A stretch of DNA of 64,000 nucleotides from Eledone cirrhosa (lineage: Eukaryota), in contig OZ024741.1 of assembly GCA_964016885.1 (NCBI GenBank), forward strand, positions 253,890,001-253,954,000, in the 5' to 3' direction. A program made the translations under genes and the position numbers. Positions 22,801 through 37,035 of the stretch are shown here, piece by piece (the stretch's first letter is position 1; each line of letters begins with the position of its first letter). Under the pieces are notes generated by a model. It did not search any database. It worked only from the letters and a program-made list of their open reading frames with translations, and was not told the origin of the DNA.

Positions 22801-25800
22801 TGTGACATTAAGACTGTATATATACCTGTTGGTGTATGTGTGACATTATGACTGTATATATACCTGTTGGTGTATGTGTGACATTAAGACTGTATACCTG
22901 TTGGTGTATGTGTGACATTAAGACTGTGTGTGTGTATATACCTGTTGGTGTATGTGTGACATTAAGACTGTATATATACCTGTTGGTGTATGTGTGACAT
23001 TAAGACTGCATATATACCTGTTGGTGTATGTGTGACATTAAGACTGTGTATATACCTGTTGGTGTATGTGTGACATTATGACTGTATATATACCTGTTGG
23101 TATATGTGTGACATTAAGACTGTATATATACCTGTTGGTGTGTGTGTGACATTATGACTGTATATATACCTGTTGGTGTATGTGTGACATTAAGACTGTA
23201 TATATACCTGTTGGTGTATGTGTGACATTAAGACTGTATATATACCTGTTGGTGTATGTGTGACATTAAGACTGTATATATACCTGTTGGTGTATGTGTG
23301 ACATTATGACTGTATATATACCTGTTGGTGTATGTGTGACATTATGACTGTATACCTGTTGGTGTATGTGTGACATTATGACTGTATATATACCTGTTGG
23401 TGTATGTGTGACATTAAGACTGTATATATACCTGTTGGTGTATGTGTGACATTATGACTGTGTATATACCTGTTGGTGTATGTGTGACATTAAGACTGTG
23501 TATATACCTGTTGGTGTATGTGTGACATTATGACTGTATATATACCTGTTGGTGTATGTGTGACATTAAGACTGTGTACCTGTTGGTGTATGTGTGACAT
23601 TAAGACTGTGTATATACCTGTTGGTGTATGTGTGACATTAAGACTGTATATATACCTGTTGGTGTATGTGTGACATTATGACTGTGTATATACCTGTTGG
23701 TGTATGTGTGACATTATGACTGTGTATATACCTGTTGGTGTATGTGTGACATTAAGACTGTATATATACCTGTTGGTGTATGTGTGACATTAAGACTGTG
23801 TATACCTGTTGGTGTATGTGTGACAGTATGACTGTGTGTATACCTGTTGGTGTATGTGTGACATTATGACTGTGTATATACCTGTTGGTGTATGTGTGAC
23901 ATTAAGACTGTATATATACCTGTTGGTGTATGTGTGACATTAAGACTGTATATATACCTGTTGGTGTATGTGTGACATTAAGACTGTATATATACCTGTT
24001 GGTGTATGTGTGACATTAAGACTGTATATATACCTGTTGGTGTATGTGTGACATTAAGACTGTATATATACCTGTTGGTGTATGTGTGACATTAAGACTG
24101 TATATATACCTGTTGGTGTATGTCTGACATTAAGACTGTATATATACCTGTTGGTGTATGTGTGACATTATGACTGTGTATACCTGTTGGTGTATGTGTG
24201 ACATTATGACTGTGTATATACCGGTTGGTGTATGTGTGACATTATGACTGTGTATATACCTGTTGGTGTATGTGTGACATTAAGACTGTATATATACCTG
24301 TTGGTGTATGTGTGACATTAAGACTGTGTATACCTGTTGGTGTATGTGTGACATTAAGACTGTATATATACCTGTTGGTGTATGTTTGACATTAAGACTG
24401 TATTTATATCTGCTGGTGTATGTGTGACATTATGACTGTCTATATACCTGTTGGTGTATGTGTGATATTAAGACTGTATATATACCTGTTGGTGTATGTG
24501 TGACATTAAGACTGTATATATACCTGTTGGTGTATGTGTGACATTAAGACTGTATATATACCTGTTGGTGTATGTGTGACATTAAGACTGTATATATACC
24601 TGTTGGTGTATGTGTAACATTAAGACGGTATATATACCTGTTGGTGTATGTGTGCCTTTAAGACTGTATATATACCTGTTGGTGTATGTGTGACATTATG
24701 ACTGTGTATATACCTCTTGGTGTATGTGTGACATTAAGACTGTATATATACCTGTTGGTGTATGTGTGACATTAAGACTGTATATATACCTGTTGGTGTA
24801 TGTGTGACATTAAGTCTGTATATATACCTGTTGGTGTATGTGTGACATTAAGACTGTATATATACCTGTTGGTGTAAGTGTGACATTATGACTGTGTATA
24901 TACCTGTTGGTGTATGTGTGACATTAAGACTGTATATATACCTGTTGGTGTATGTGTGACATTATGACTGTGTATATACCTGTTGGTGTATGTGTGACAT
25001 TAAGACTGTATATATACCTGTTGGTGTATGTGTGACATTAAGACTGTATATATACCTGTTGGTGTATGTGTGACATTAAGACTGTGTATATACCTGTTGG
25101 TGTATGTGTGACATAATGACTGCATATATACCTGTTGGTGTATGTGTGACATTAAGACTGTATATATACCTGTTGGTGTATGTGTGACATTAAGACTGTG
25201 TATATACCTGTTGGTGTATGTGTGACATAATGACTGTATATATACCTGTTGGTGTATGTGTGACATTAAGTCTGTATATATACCTGTTGGTGTATGTGTG
25301 ACATTAAGACTTTATATATACCTGTTGGTGTATGTGTTACATTATGACTGTGTATATACCTGTTGGTGTATGTGTGACATTAAGACTGTATATATAGCTG
25401 TTGGTGTATGTGTGACATTATGACTGTATATATACCTGTTGGTGTATGTGTGACATTAAGACTGTATATATACCTGTTGGTGTATGTGTGATATTAAGAC
25501 TGTATATATACCTGTTGGTGTATGTGTGACATTATGACTGTATATATACCTGTTGGTGTATGTGTGACATTATGACTGTATACCTGTTGGTGTATGTGTG
25601 ACATTATGACTGTATATATACCTGTTGGTGTATGTGTGACATTAAGACTGTATATATACCTGTTGGTGTATGTGTGACATTATGACTGTGTATATACCTG
25701 TTGGTGTATGTGTGACATTAAGACTGTATACCTGTTGGTGTATGTGTAACATTAAGACTGTGTATATACCTGTTGGTGTATGTGTGACATTAAGACTGTA

Positions 25801-28432
25801 TATATACCTGTTGGTGTATGTGTGACATTATGACTGTGTATACCTGTTGGTGTATGTGTGACATTATGACTGTGTATATACCTGTTGGTGTATGTGTGAC
25901 ATTATGACTGTGTATATACCTGTTGGTGTATGTGTGACATTAAGACTGTATATATACCTGTTGGTGTATGTGTGACATTAAGACTGTGTATACCTGTTGG
26001 TGTATGTGTGACAGTATGACTGTGTATATACCTGTTGGTGTATGTGTGACATTATGACTGTGTATATACCTGTTGGTGTATGTGTGACATTAAGACTGTA
26101 TATATACCTGTTGGTGTATGTGTGACATTATGACTGTATATATACCTGTTGGTGTATGTGTGACATTAAGACTGTATATATACCTGTTGGTGTGTGTGTG
26201 ACATTAAGACTCTGTATATTCCTGTTGGTCTATGTGTCAAATTATGACTGTATATATACCTGTTGGTGTATGTGTGACATTAAGACTGTATATATACCTG
26301 TTGGTGTATGTGTGACATTAAGACTGTATATATACCTGTTGGTGTATGTGTGACATTAAGACTGTATATATACCTGTTGGTGTATGTGTGACATTAAGAC
26401 TGTATATATACCTGTTGGTGTATGTGTGACATTATGAGTGTGTATATACCTGTTGGTGTATGTGTGACATTAAGACTGTATATATACCTGTTGGTGTATG
26501 TGTGTCATTATGACTGTGTATATACCTGTTGGTGTATGTGTGACATTAAGACTGTATATATACCTGTTGGTGTATGTGTGACATTAAGACTGTATACCTG
26601 TTGGTGTATGTGTGACATTATGACTGTATACCTGTTGGTGTATGTGTGACATTAAGACTGTATACCTGTTGGTGTATGTGTGACATTAAGACTGTATATA
26701 TACCTGTTGGTGTATGTGTGACATTAAGACTGTGTATATACCTGTTTGTGTATGTGTGACATTAAGACTGTATATATACCTGTTGGTGTATGTGTGATAT
26801 TAAGACTGTGTATATACCTGTTGGTGTATGTGTGACATTAAGACTGTATATATACCTGTTGGTGTATGTGTGACATTATGACTGTATATATAATTGTTGG
26901 TGTATGTGTGACATTAAGACTGTGTATATACCTGTTGGTGTATGTGTGACATTAAGACTGTATATATACCTGTTGGTGTATGTGTGACATTATGACTGTG
27001 TGTATACCTGTTGGTGTATGTGTGACATTAAGACTGTATATATACCTGTTGGTGTATGTGTGACATTAAGACTGTATATATACCAGTTGGTGTATGTGTG
27101 ACATTAAGACTGTGTATATACCTGTTGGTGTATGTGTGACATTAAGACTGAATATATACCTGTTGGTGTATGTGTGACATTATGACTGTATATATACCTG
27201 TTGGTGTATGTGTGATATTAAGACTGTGTATATACCTGTTGGTGTATGTGTGACATTATGACTGTATATATACCTGTTGGTGTATATGTGACATTAAGAC
27301 TGTATATATACCTGTTGGTGTATGTGTGATATTAAGACTGTATATATACCTGTTGGTGTATGTGTGACATTAAGACTGTATATATACCTGTTGGTGTATG
27401 TGTGACATTAAGACTGTATATATACCTGTTGGTGTATGTGTGACATTATAACTGTATATATACCTGTTGGTGTATGTGTGACATTATGACTGTGTATATA
27501 CCTGTTGGTGTATGTGTGACATTAAGACTGTATATATACCTGTTGGTGTATGTGTGACATTATGACTGTGTATATACCTGTTGGTGTATGTGTGACATTA
27601 TGATGGTATATATACCTGTTGGTGTATGTGTGACATTATGACTGTGTATATACCTGTTGGTGTATGTGTGACATTAAGACTATATATATACCTGTTGGTG
27701 TATGTGTGACATTATGACTGTATATATACCTATTGGTGTATGTGTGACATTAAGACTGTATATATACCTGTTGGTGTATGTGTGACATTAAGACTGTATA
27801 TATACCTGTTGGTGTATGTGTGACATTAAGACTGTATATATACCTGTTGGTGTATGTGTGACATTATGACTGTGTATATACCTGTTGGTGTATGTGTGAC
27901 ATTATGACTTTATATATACCTGTTGGTGTATGTGTGACATTATGACTGTGTATATACCTGTTGGTGTATGTGTGACATTATGACTTTATATATACCTGTT
28001 GGTGTATGTGTGACATTATGACTGTGTATATACCTGTTGGTGTATGTGTGACATTAAGACTGTGTATATACCTGTTGGTGTATGTGTGACATTAAGACTG
28101 TGTACCTGTTGGTGTATGTGTGATATTAAGACTGTGTGTGAGTATACCTGTTGGTGTATGTGTGACATTAAGACTGTGTATGTACCTGTTGGTGTATGTG
28201 TGACATTATGACTGTATATATACCTGTTGGTGTATGTGTGACATTAAGATTGTATATATACCTGTTGGTGTATGTGTGACATTAAGACTGTGTATATACC
28301 TGTTGGTGTATGTGTGACATTAAGACTGTGTGTGTATATACCTGTTGGTGTATGTGTGACATTAAGACTGTGTGTGTATATACCTGTTGGTGTATGTGTG
28401 ACATTAAGACTGTGTGTGTATATACCTGTTGT
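16873..28432. repeat. 38-bp tandem satellite, right block, containing a ~3.4-kb internal tandem duplication
   Basis: Same unit as 1-4020. Rare variant units recur at a 3,407-bp offset (17031/20438, 17737/21144, 18271/21678, 18955/22362). Confidence 0.98.
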
Positions 28433-28515
28433 TGTGTGTGAATATATGTGTTAGTAATGTGTGTGGAAAGGATGTGAATGACTGCATGTGTGACTATATA
28501 GTTGTTTCTGCACCT

Positions 28516-28754
28516 TACTATTACTACTACCACCTCCACTATTAAAAACTTGACCACCTCTACTACTACCACCACCACCACCAACAATACTAATACTACC
28601 ACAACCACTACTCCTACTACTACCACCACCATAACTACTACCAGTACCTCCACCACTGCTACTACTACTACCACTACTCCTACTTCTACCACCGCCACCA
28701 CTACTTATACTACTACCACCACCATAACTACTACCACTACCACCACCACTACTG

Positions 28755-28799
<45 letters not shown>

Positions 28800-29302
28800 T
28801 TACTACCACCACCACCACTAGTACTACTTCTACCACCACCACTACTACTACTACCACCACCACCACTAGTACTACTACTTCCACCACCACTACTACTACT
28901 ACCATCGCCACCACTACTACTTCTACCACCACTACTACTATCACCACAACTACTACTACTATCACCACCACCACTACTACTACTACCACCACTACTACTA
29001 CTTCCAACACCACTACTACTACCATCGCCACCACTACTACTTCTACCACCACTACTACTATCACCACAACCACTACTACTATCACCACCACCACTACTAC
29101 TACTTCCACCACCACTACTACTACTTATTCCACCACCACTACTACTACTTCCACCACCACTACCACCACAACCACCACCACCACAAGTACTACCGCCATC
29201 ACCACCATCACGACTACTGCCACCACTACCACTACTACCACCTCCACCGCTATTACCATCGCCACCACCACCAACACTACTACTACTACTACTGCTGCTG
29301 CT
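28516..29302. repeat. (ACT/ACC)n degenerate trinucleotide low-complexity tract
   Basis: Mixed ACT/ACC triplets, which produce spurious poly-Thr, poly-Val and Gly-Ser ORFs. Confidence 0.92.
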
Positions 29303-29321
29303 GGACACATTCTTAATAATT

Positions 29322-29500
29322 GTTTCTACTTTAGGCACAAGGCCAGCAATTAACCAGTGCATTACTGGTACTTTATTTTATCGACCCCGTAAGGATGAAA
29401 GGCAAAGTCAACCTCGGCGGGATTTGAACTCAGATCGTAAAGGGACGTAACTATGCTGGAAAGCATGGCGTCCGACCCTCTACCGATACTGCCAATCCAC
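29322..29500 (-). mobile_element. tRNA-derived SINE with 14-bp target-site duplication
   Basis: Flanked by CATTCTTAATAATT at 29308-29321 and 29501-29514. The minus strand has A-box-like TGGCAGTATCGGTAG, B-box GTTCAAATCC and central GTTGACTTTGCCTTTCATCCTTACGGGGTCGATAAAATAAAGTACCAG, which from memory resembles the Meta-domain SINEs. Confidence 0.85.
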
Positions 29501-29770
29501 CATTCTTAATAATTATGCTTTTATGTGAAGATATCTTTAATATCAGGTTCACGTTGATTTGACATTTATATGTGTACGTGTGTGTGTATGGCTGTGTGTA
29601 TGTATAGCTGTGCGTCTGTGTGGCTGTGTGCATGTGTGAGTGTGTGTATGTGTTGTGTGTGTATCCCTAAGTATCTGACGGTATACACGCATACACACAG
29701 ACGCACTTACATACACACATATATGATGGTGATGATGATAGAAAATTGTATATATATATATATATATATA

Positions 29771-30160
29771 TTACTCTTTTACTCTTTTACCTGTTTCAGC
29801 CATCCGGCTGAGGCCATGCTGGGGCACCGCCCTTGTTGCTACACATTTTATCTCCAGCCTGTACAGGTTGGCCACTGGTGTAGGAGGGAGTTTGTTGCTG
29901 CTGCCCTTAGGTTTCCCTCGTGTCTTGCTGTGGGCTCATCCGGGATCCTGGATAACAAGGTGTCGAGATGTTTCTTAAAGACATCCACCTCCACGTCATG
30001 CAAGTCTCGCAGATGCCTCGGCAGCCTGTTGAAGAGTTGAGGGCCCTTGAATCCCAGGCTATTGCAATACCTGCTCCTTATTCTAGATGTGGAAGACGGG
30101 ACCTTTGGCACCACACAGTGACGTCCTGTTCGACGGTTGGTCCAGCTCCCAATGCCAAAG
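29771..30160 (-). mobile_element. 5'-truncated CR1-group LINE 3' end inserted in (TA)n
   Basis: Minus-strand translation RYCNSLGFKGPQLFNRLPRHLRDLHDVEVDVFKKHLDTLLSRIPDEP is a typical LINE ORF2 C-terminus. Short tandem tail (TTACTCTT on the plus strand) at 29771-29789, with TA runs on both sides. Confidence 0.7.
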
Positions 30161-30201
30161 TATATATATATATGATATTAATAAATGGAAAGTATATTTA
30201 T

Positions 30202-30448
30202 AAAACCATATGTATTCTATTATATATATTTCAAGGGTACCAAAACTTTGGTACGCTCTCATCAGATAAAATACGAAGTTTGTTTTATAAATAGTGACAT
30301 ACCCAGGAACCAGACCTTAATGGTTCAGGTTAAGGTCTGATTCCTGGGTATGTCAGTATTTATAAAACAAACTTCGTATTTTATCTGATGAGTGCGTACC
30401 TAAGTGTTGGTACCCTTGAAATATATATAATAGAATACATATAGTTTT
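30202..30448. repeat. Fold-back palindrome (MITE-like), ~119-bp arms, 9-nt loop
   Basis: 30202-30320 is the reverse complement of 30330-30448 with about 6 mismatches; loop TGGTTCAGG. Confidence 0.88.
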
Positions 30449-30750
<302 letters not shown>

Positions 30751-33700
30751 TTTCTTTATTAGCCACAAGGGCGCACAAGAAAAGGGGACAAAACAAAGAC
30801 ATGCCGGGGATTTTACATACAATCGTGTAAAAAAATCTAAAACAAACAATTATAACAAACGAAATCCCCAATAGGGGGGAAGCGCCACAAATGGATTGTT
30901 TAATACCCGGTCGATAGAACAACCCTCAACTTCAGGAGCGTGTTGTGCAAGTGCTCCTTTCTTCCTTTTGCTCTCTTCTTTAACTTACAGGCTTGTAAAC
31001 AGAGAAGGCCCAATCTCTCGGGCCATTTTCATTCACCCACCTTTCAGTAAGTTTACTGGCGTGCAGTGCCTCTCTCTCCACTCTGATTCTCCTTCTAAAT
31101 TGATACTTAAAGAATGGAATCAATTGTTGTCCGGAGAGAAAGGCATCTATCCTCAGTCCTCTCAATCTCGTCCACCATATAACCTCTTTCACCATAGCCA
31201 CCGTACAGAGGAAAACCGCATCTCTTTCGTTTTTGAAAGAGGCTGGTGGTTTGATCCTTACTATGGACTCGGCAGTCAACTGGATTTGTCCCATACGCGA
31301 CAGCAGTTCTGCGTAGTTACACAGGTCGCTTACGCCCGGGCAGTGTACAATTGCGTGCAAGACGGTTTCAATGTCCTGCTCGCATCTTGGACACGTCCTC
31401 GTGGAAGGATCCCTGCCGAGGCGTCCGTCCCTGTAGATCTTATCTCGAACGGGTAGAGCTCCTCTGTAGCACTGCTAGGCCAGGGACCTCCGGAAGTTGT
31501 CCATAAGTCCCGGGCGGAAAGTCCTACCTAACAGACTGGTGAGCTCGTCGTCTTCGACGCCTAGAATCTCCCCGATTCTTGTAAAGTACTAACTATCTAT
31601 AGAATGTCGAAGTGGAGTCTCCACTGATTGCTGTGCCCGCTTGCCAGAGGACTGTGAGCCTGGGCGCATTTAATGTGCCAGGCGCCCATCTCCTTCGGTC
31701 TTCATTTCACCCAGGACTGCCGCTCCTTCAGCGAGACAAGTTGTGGGAAGGCTTGTCTCACAAACGGTGCCCACACCGGTTGGTCGGTGAGGAATACCTG
31801 GAGATGTCGTAGCCTCAGCGCATGTTTGCGCATCATTAGCCACGGCATGCTCAGCCCTCCGTTGGAAGGGTGTTGACAGCAGACGGATCTCCTCACCAGT
31901 GGAGCCTGCTTCTTCCACAGGAACTGGAAGAGCATGCGTTCCATCTTGGTGGGGTATTCTCGGGGACAAGGCACGACAGTCAAGCGCTAGTAGATGACGG
32001 ACGCTATGAAAGTGTTCGCCGCCTCCGCTCGACCTTTCAAAGACAGTTTGCACTCTGCCCACTTCTGGGTGAGCGCAAATACCTTGGCCATGACCTCGTT
32101 CCAGTTTTTCTCCACCTGGAGGTCTGGACCGAACCAGACCCCAAGCAATTTAACGCTGTCGGACGGCATCGGTTTGCCTCTCCACGTCCCGAGTTGCAAA
32201 CCGACATACCGACAGTTTTGCTCCTGTGAATCTTTCGTATTCCTGTAGTAGGTTGACAATTACCTTCATTTCCGAGGTTTTCGACACCATTACCGTCACG
32301 TCGTCGGCATAAGCCGACGCCGCTTTTCACAGTCCCGCTTCTAAAGGGATGCCCTGCAAAAGCTCCAACTTACGCAGTAGTGGCTCGAGAGTCAATACAT
32401 ACAGAATGGAGGAGAGAGGGCATCCCTGTCGAATGGGACGCGTGATTGAGAACGGCTCCGATAGGTAACCGTTCACCTTGACCCTCGAGCAGATACTGGT
32501 GTGCATCGCCTTGATCCAGCCTCTGAAAACGGGACCGAAATCGGTCGCCTTGAGAATCGCTTCCAAGTAAGTATCGATAGTTGACCCTATCGAATGCCTT
32601 AGACTGATCTAAATTGATCAGAGCCCCACCGAAGCCGGGTTTACACCCCACCCTCTCTATGATGTATCGCATGAGGTGGAGGTTGTCGTGTATGGACCTG
32701 GTCGGGATTGCACACGTTTGCACTTTCCCTACCAGGTTTTCGACGACAAGCGCCAGCCTCGTTGCTAGCACCTTGGCCAAAATCTTTAACTGTGTTGAGC
32801 AGAGTTATGGGCCTGAAATTGTTTATTTCGTCCCCCTTGTTCTCGTCTTTCCTGATCAGCGTTACTACGCCCTTGCCTGCAGAACTGGAAATTGTCCCGT
32901 TCTGCTGCCAATTGCAGTGGACGGCTTCGAGGACGCCGGAGAACAAGTCCGGCATGCCTATGTAAAACTCATAGTGTAGACCATCTAGACCGGGTGATTT
33001 GCGTTTCCCGCAGCGGCCCAGAGCGTCCCGTATCTCAGTGGCTGTGATCGGTCTTTCGCAGAACTCGGCGTCCATGCTCGAGAGACGCGGCAGGCCATCA
33101 AGGTATGAACCAAAGTCCATTGCCCCGTTCGGTGCACCGTCGTTCTGCTAAAACAGTCGCGCCAAGTGCCGCTGAAAGGTCGAGCACATCTGCCTGGGGG
33201 TCAAGTAGCACGCGTCCGTTTTGGTGGACTTGTTGCTACTTTTCGCTTCCGCCACTCGGGCCCAGCTAACAGCTTTTGCTCCCTCGTTTCCCAGAGCACG
33301 TGATTTACTTCTGACCACGCAGCCTTCGTGTTTCGCGTCGAAGAACTGGTCCAGTGCCGTTCTCGATGCTAACATTCTAGCTGCGTTGCCACTCCTAAGC
33401 GCCTCTTCTACCTTGGCTACTAGTTCTGTTTCTTATTTGTTTTTCTCTAAAGCTAATTCTCTGCTAAACCCTATCGATTCTACTCTAATTGCTCTCTTGG
33501 GAGAGTACCACCATCTATTGTTGATGATGGCTCCTGTCAACTCTTGCTTAACTAATCTACTTATCCGTTCACTGTAGGCTTTTCGTGCCGGCAACGACAC
33601 GTTCAGCTTCCAGTATCCGGGTCCTTGTCTATGTATTATATCACGGTTGACTATGCAGACGACTAGTTTGTGATCTGAATAGGCAACCATCTGCATTTGT

Positions 33701-35805
33701 GGACAGCTTAATATCTTCTTGTCCTTTTCTCTAATGAAAAACCTGTCTAGATATGACCTAGATGTCCCGCTGCGGTTTGCCCACGTCCACTGTGGTGCAG
33801 TCGGGAAATCTAGTCGATATCTATCGGTCGGTTGGAATTGGCCGATTAGATTTTTTAGGCTGTTGCACCCCGCTCTACTGGGTCATGCTCCCACATAGTC
33901 CCATCGTGCATCTAGGATACCATTCCAGTCCCCCACTAAAAGCAAGGAGCGAGACGTTCCCAGAAAAGACTCTAGACGCTTAAAGAAGTCTGGCCGCGAT
34001 TGTGATTCCCAGTCGTGCATAAACGGCCATCAGTCTGAAGGCTCCACCTCCAATACTGTTCACGTCTAGGACTACCAGTCTACCCTCCGGGTCCAAGTGT
34101 ACTTGCTGTACTTCGAGATCCAGGTTTTTCCGAAACATGACAGTCACTCCTCCTCCACCTCCCAGCTGACAGAGAGATGCGTAGATCTCAAAGTCATTGA
34201 AGATGGGGGTTAGTTGCTGCCTGTTGTGGATCCTGGACTCGATGATGGCTATCACATCCATACCGTGTGACCTAAGGTCGTTTAAAAGTTTGCCGTGTTT
34301 CCAGGGCATCCCTAGGCCACGCAGAGTCACGCTTCCAACTCGTAAATCAGCCATGTTGGTGGAGAAGAGTTGGCGAAAAGGACGAAAAGGTGCACTTACC
34401 TTTTCGTTTCCTGGAGATCGGGTTTTTCAATCTCTATTTCAGTTCTGGTGGGGGTGTTGAGTGGGGTGGGGAAACATTTAAACAGGACACGGTTTATTGG
34501 TTTTTGGCAGCGGTTGACAACGTCCTGTGAAAACTGTTCTTTCTATTTCTGATAGATTTCTATCGAAGCCCTTATTAGTTTTAGGTGTGGTTGAGAGTCT
34601 GTTTTTACAAAAGTTTTCCCCTCAGTTTCTACTTTGGGGTCTTGGGACATGACCTCCATTAGGTTTTTGTTTGTGTTAATGTATGTGTATTGTTGTTTTT
34701 TTGTTTTTTTATTGTGTTGTTTTGGTTTGTTGTTTATTTTGTAGTTTTCTTTTTATGGTGGGTATTTGTGCTTGGAGTGGTGTTGGTGTTTGTTTTGCTG
34801 TAGGGGGGGGGGTTGATTGTGGTGGTGTTTATGTTGTTGTTTGTGTTGGTGGTTGTGTGTTCGTGTTGGTGATTGTTGTTTTTGTGGCTTTGTGGTGTCT
34901 CTTTTTTTGTTTTGTTTTTTATTTACGAGGCTCTCCTTCATCTTCACTTGGGGATGGAGAAGTAGTTTCGTCTGATGATGAATCGTCATCAGAGTGTGTT
35001 GGAGGGATATGTTGTGTGGTGATGGTATGTTTGTGTGTGTGATTGTGGTAGTGTTGGATGGAGTGGGATGGGGTGGGACTGTGTTTCTCAGGGGGATTGT
35101 TTGTGTTTTTTTCTGTTGTTTGTGGTTGAACAGTTGTTTGTTTTTGTGTGTTTGCTTATTTTGTGTGTTGTTGTTGTGGTTTTGGAGTTGGTGTTGGTAA
35201 AAGTTTTTTTTTTGGGGGGGGGGGGGGGTATTTTTTCGTAAGAGGGGACAGGAGGCCTTTAAATGCAATGAGCTTGCGCATTTAAAATAATCTGGCCTCC
35301 CTCCTTCTGCCTAAATCTGTATATAGTTTGTATTGTCTACTGTCACCCTTTCTGGTATCTTGGAAATTCTGTCCGGTTTCATTTGGACCACAATTTCCAA
35401 GCTTGTGCCGTTCCAGGTGTTTCTTGTGAATTTTTAATCGACAGTATTGTGTCTTCATCTTCCTCCAAGAACCCTGCCAGAATCCACCAGATGTTAATGT
35501 TGGGTGGCATATTGGTGATGTTTATTCTTTGTGTTCTTTTTCCCATGTATGTAGAGAAAAAGGTGTGTGTGGCAGAGGTGACCGGGGTCACTGAGTATTT
35601 TTTCGCAAGAGCCTCACTTTTGAAGAGCACCGAAATGCTTCCATATAGTTTAGCCTTTTGTATGTATTGTATTTCCGACATTGCCTCTTTCAAGACGATT
35701 TCAATTTCGCCTTGAGTAAGGGAAGCCGGTTTTTTGTTTGTTCAAAATCGTGCGCAAAATCACAGTCCTTCGCATAGTGTCGGCTTTGATTTGTGGCGGA
35801 GAGGT
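30751..35805 (-). mobile_element. Tx1-clade non-LTR retrotransposon copy A (old, frameshifted, 5'-truncated within ORF1)
   Basis: Broken ORF2 pieces over 30980-34354 (EN start MADLRVGSVTLRGL, FRPITLLN, LDQSKAFDRV, QGCPLS). ORF1 remnants at ~34390-35805. The 3' end GTGGCTAATAAAGAAA runs into (TCTA)n. Confidence 0.9.
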
Positions 35806-35915
35806 GATAGATAGATTGATTGATTGATTGATTGATAAACAGACAGATAGATATATAGATAAAAAGATAGTTAGATAGGTAGGTAGATAGATGGATAGAT
35901 AGATAGATAGATAAA

Positions 35916-36778
35916 TTTCTTTATTAGCCACAAGGGCACAAAAGAAGGGGACAAATACAAATGGGGAGTTTACATACAGGTATATGAAAATAAAACTATT
36001 AATAAAATAACAAATAACAATTGAAATCCCCAATAGGGGGGAGGTGTTACACAGGGGTTGTACACACCCCGAAAAAATGTACAACCCTCATCTCCAGGAG
36101 CACCAAGAGTGAGTACTCCCTTCCTCTCTTCCTCTTTTTCCTCAACCTACAGGCTTATATAGAGAGAAGGCCCAACCACTCGGGCCATCTTTGCCACATT
36201 CACCCAATTTGCTGGGGTACAGCACCTCTCTCTCCATCCTGATTCTTCTTCCAAAATGATATTTGAAAAAACGAATCAGTTGCTCGCCGGAGAGAAAGGT
36301 GTCTTCCCTCAGCCCTTTTAACCTCGTCCACCATTTAACCTCTTTCACCATAGCCATAAGACACAGGAAAACCGCCGCTTCCTCGTTTTTGAAGGAGGGT
36401 GGCGGTTTGATCATGACAATGGACTCGGTGGTCAACTGGATTGGTCCCACCCGCGACAATAGTCGTTCTACATAGCCCACGGGTCGGTAACGCCCGGGCA
36501 GTGTACAAATGCGTGCGCAGCGGTTTCCTCGTCGCGCACGTATCTCGGACAGATATTTTTCGAAGGGTCCCTGCTCGGGCGCCCGTGTCTGTAGAGCTTG
36601 TCTCTAACTGGTAGAGCTCCTCGGTAGCACTGCCAGGCCAGGGGCTTTTGGAAGTTGTCCATTGGTCCCGGGCGGAAAGTACTACCGAACAGACTGGCCA
36701 ATTCGTCCTCTTCTACGCCTAGAGTTTCTCCGAGCGCGTCGTCGCACTTGCTGCGGACCAACCCTCTATAGAATGTCG
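35916..36778 (-). mobile_element. Tx1 copy B (3'-terminal ~0.86 kb)
   Basis: ORF2 C-terminus (..ETAAHAFVHC..) plus 3' UTR, with both junctions in GATA repeats. Confidence 0.9.
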
Positions 36779-37035
36779 ATATAGATAGATAGATATATTT
36801 CTTTATTAGCCACAGGGGCACAAAAGAAGGGGACAAATACAAAGGGGGAAGTTTACATACAATAAAAACGTGTAAAATGTTATCACAGATGGAATTTAAA
36901 AGTTAGTCGATTTTCCCCAATAGAGGGAGACAGTTTATATGGGTAACACATACCCCCGAAAAAAAATGTGCAACCCTCATCTCCAGGAGTACGAAGAGTT
37001 TGTACTCCTTTCCTCTCCTCCTCCTTTTCCTCAGC

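Noticed and set aside
1-28432. 38-bp repeats as a CRISPR array
   Set aside because: Units are directly adjacent with no unique spacers, there are no cas genes, and the context is eukaryotic.
28282-29362. Poly-Thr mucin-like and Gly/Ser-rich ORFs
   Set aside because: Translations of an (ACT/ACC)n tract that is open on both strands and runs into a SINE.
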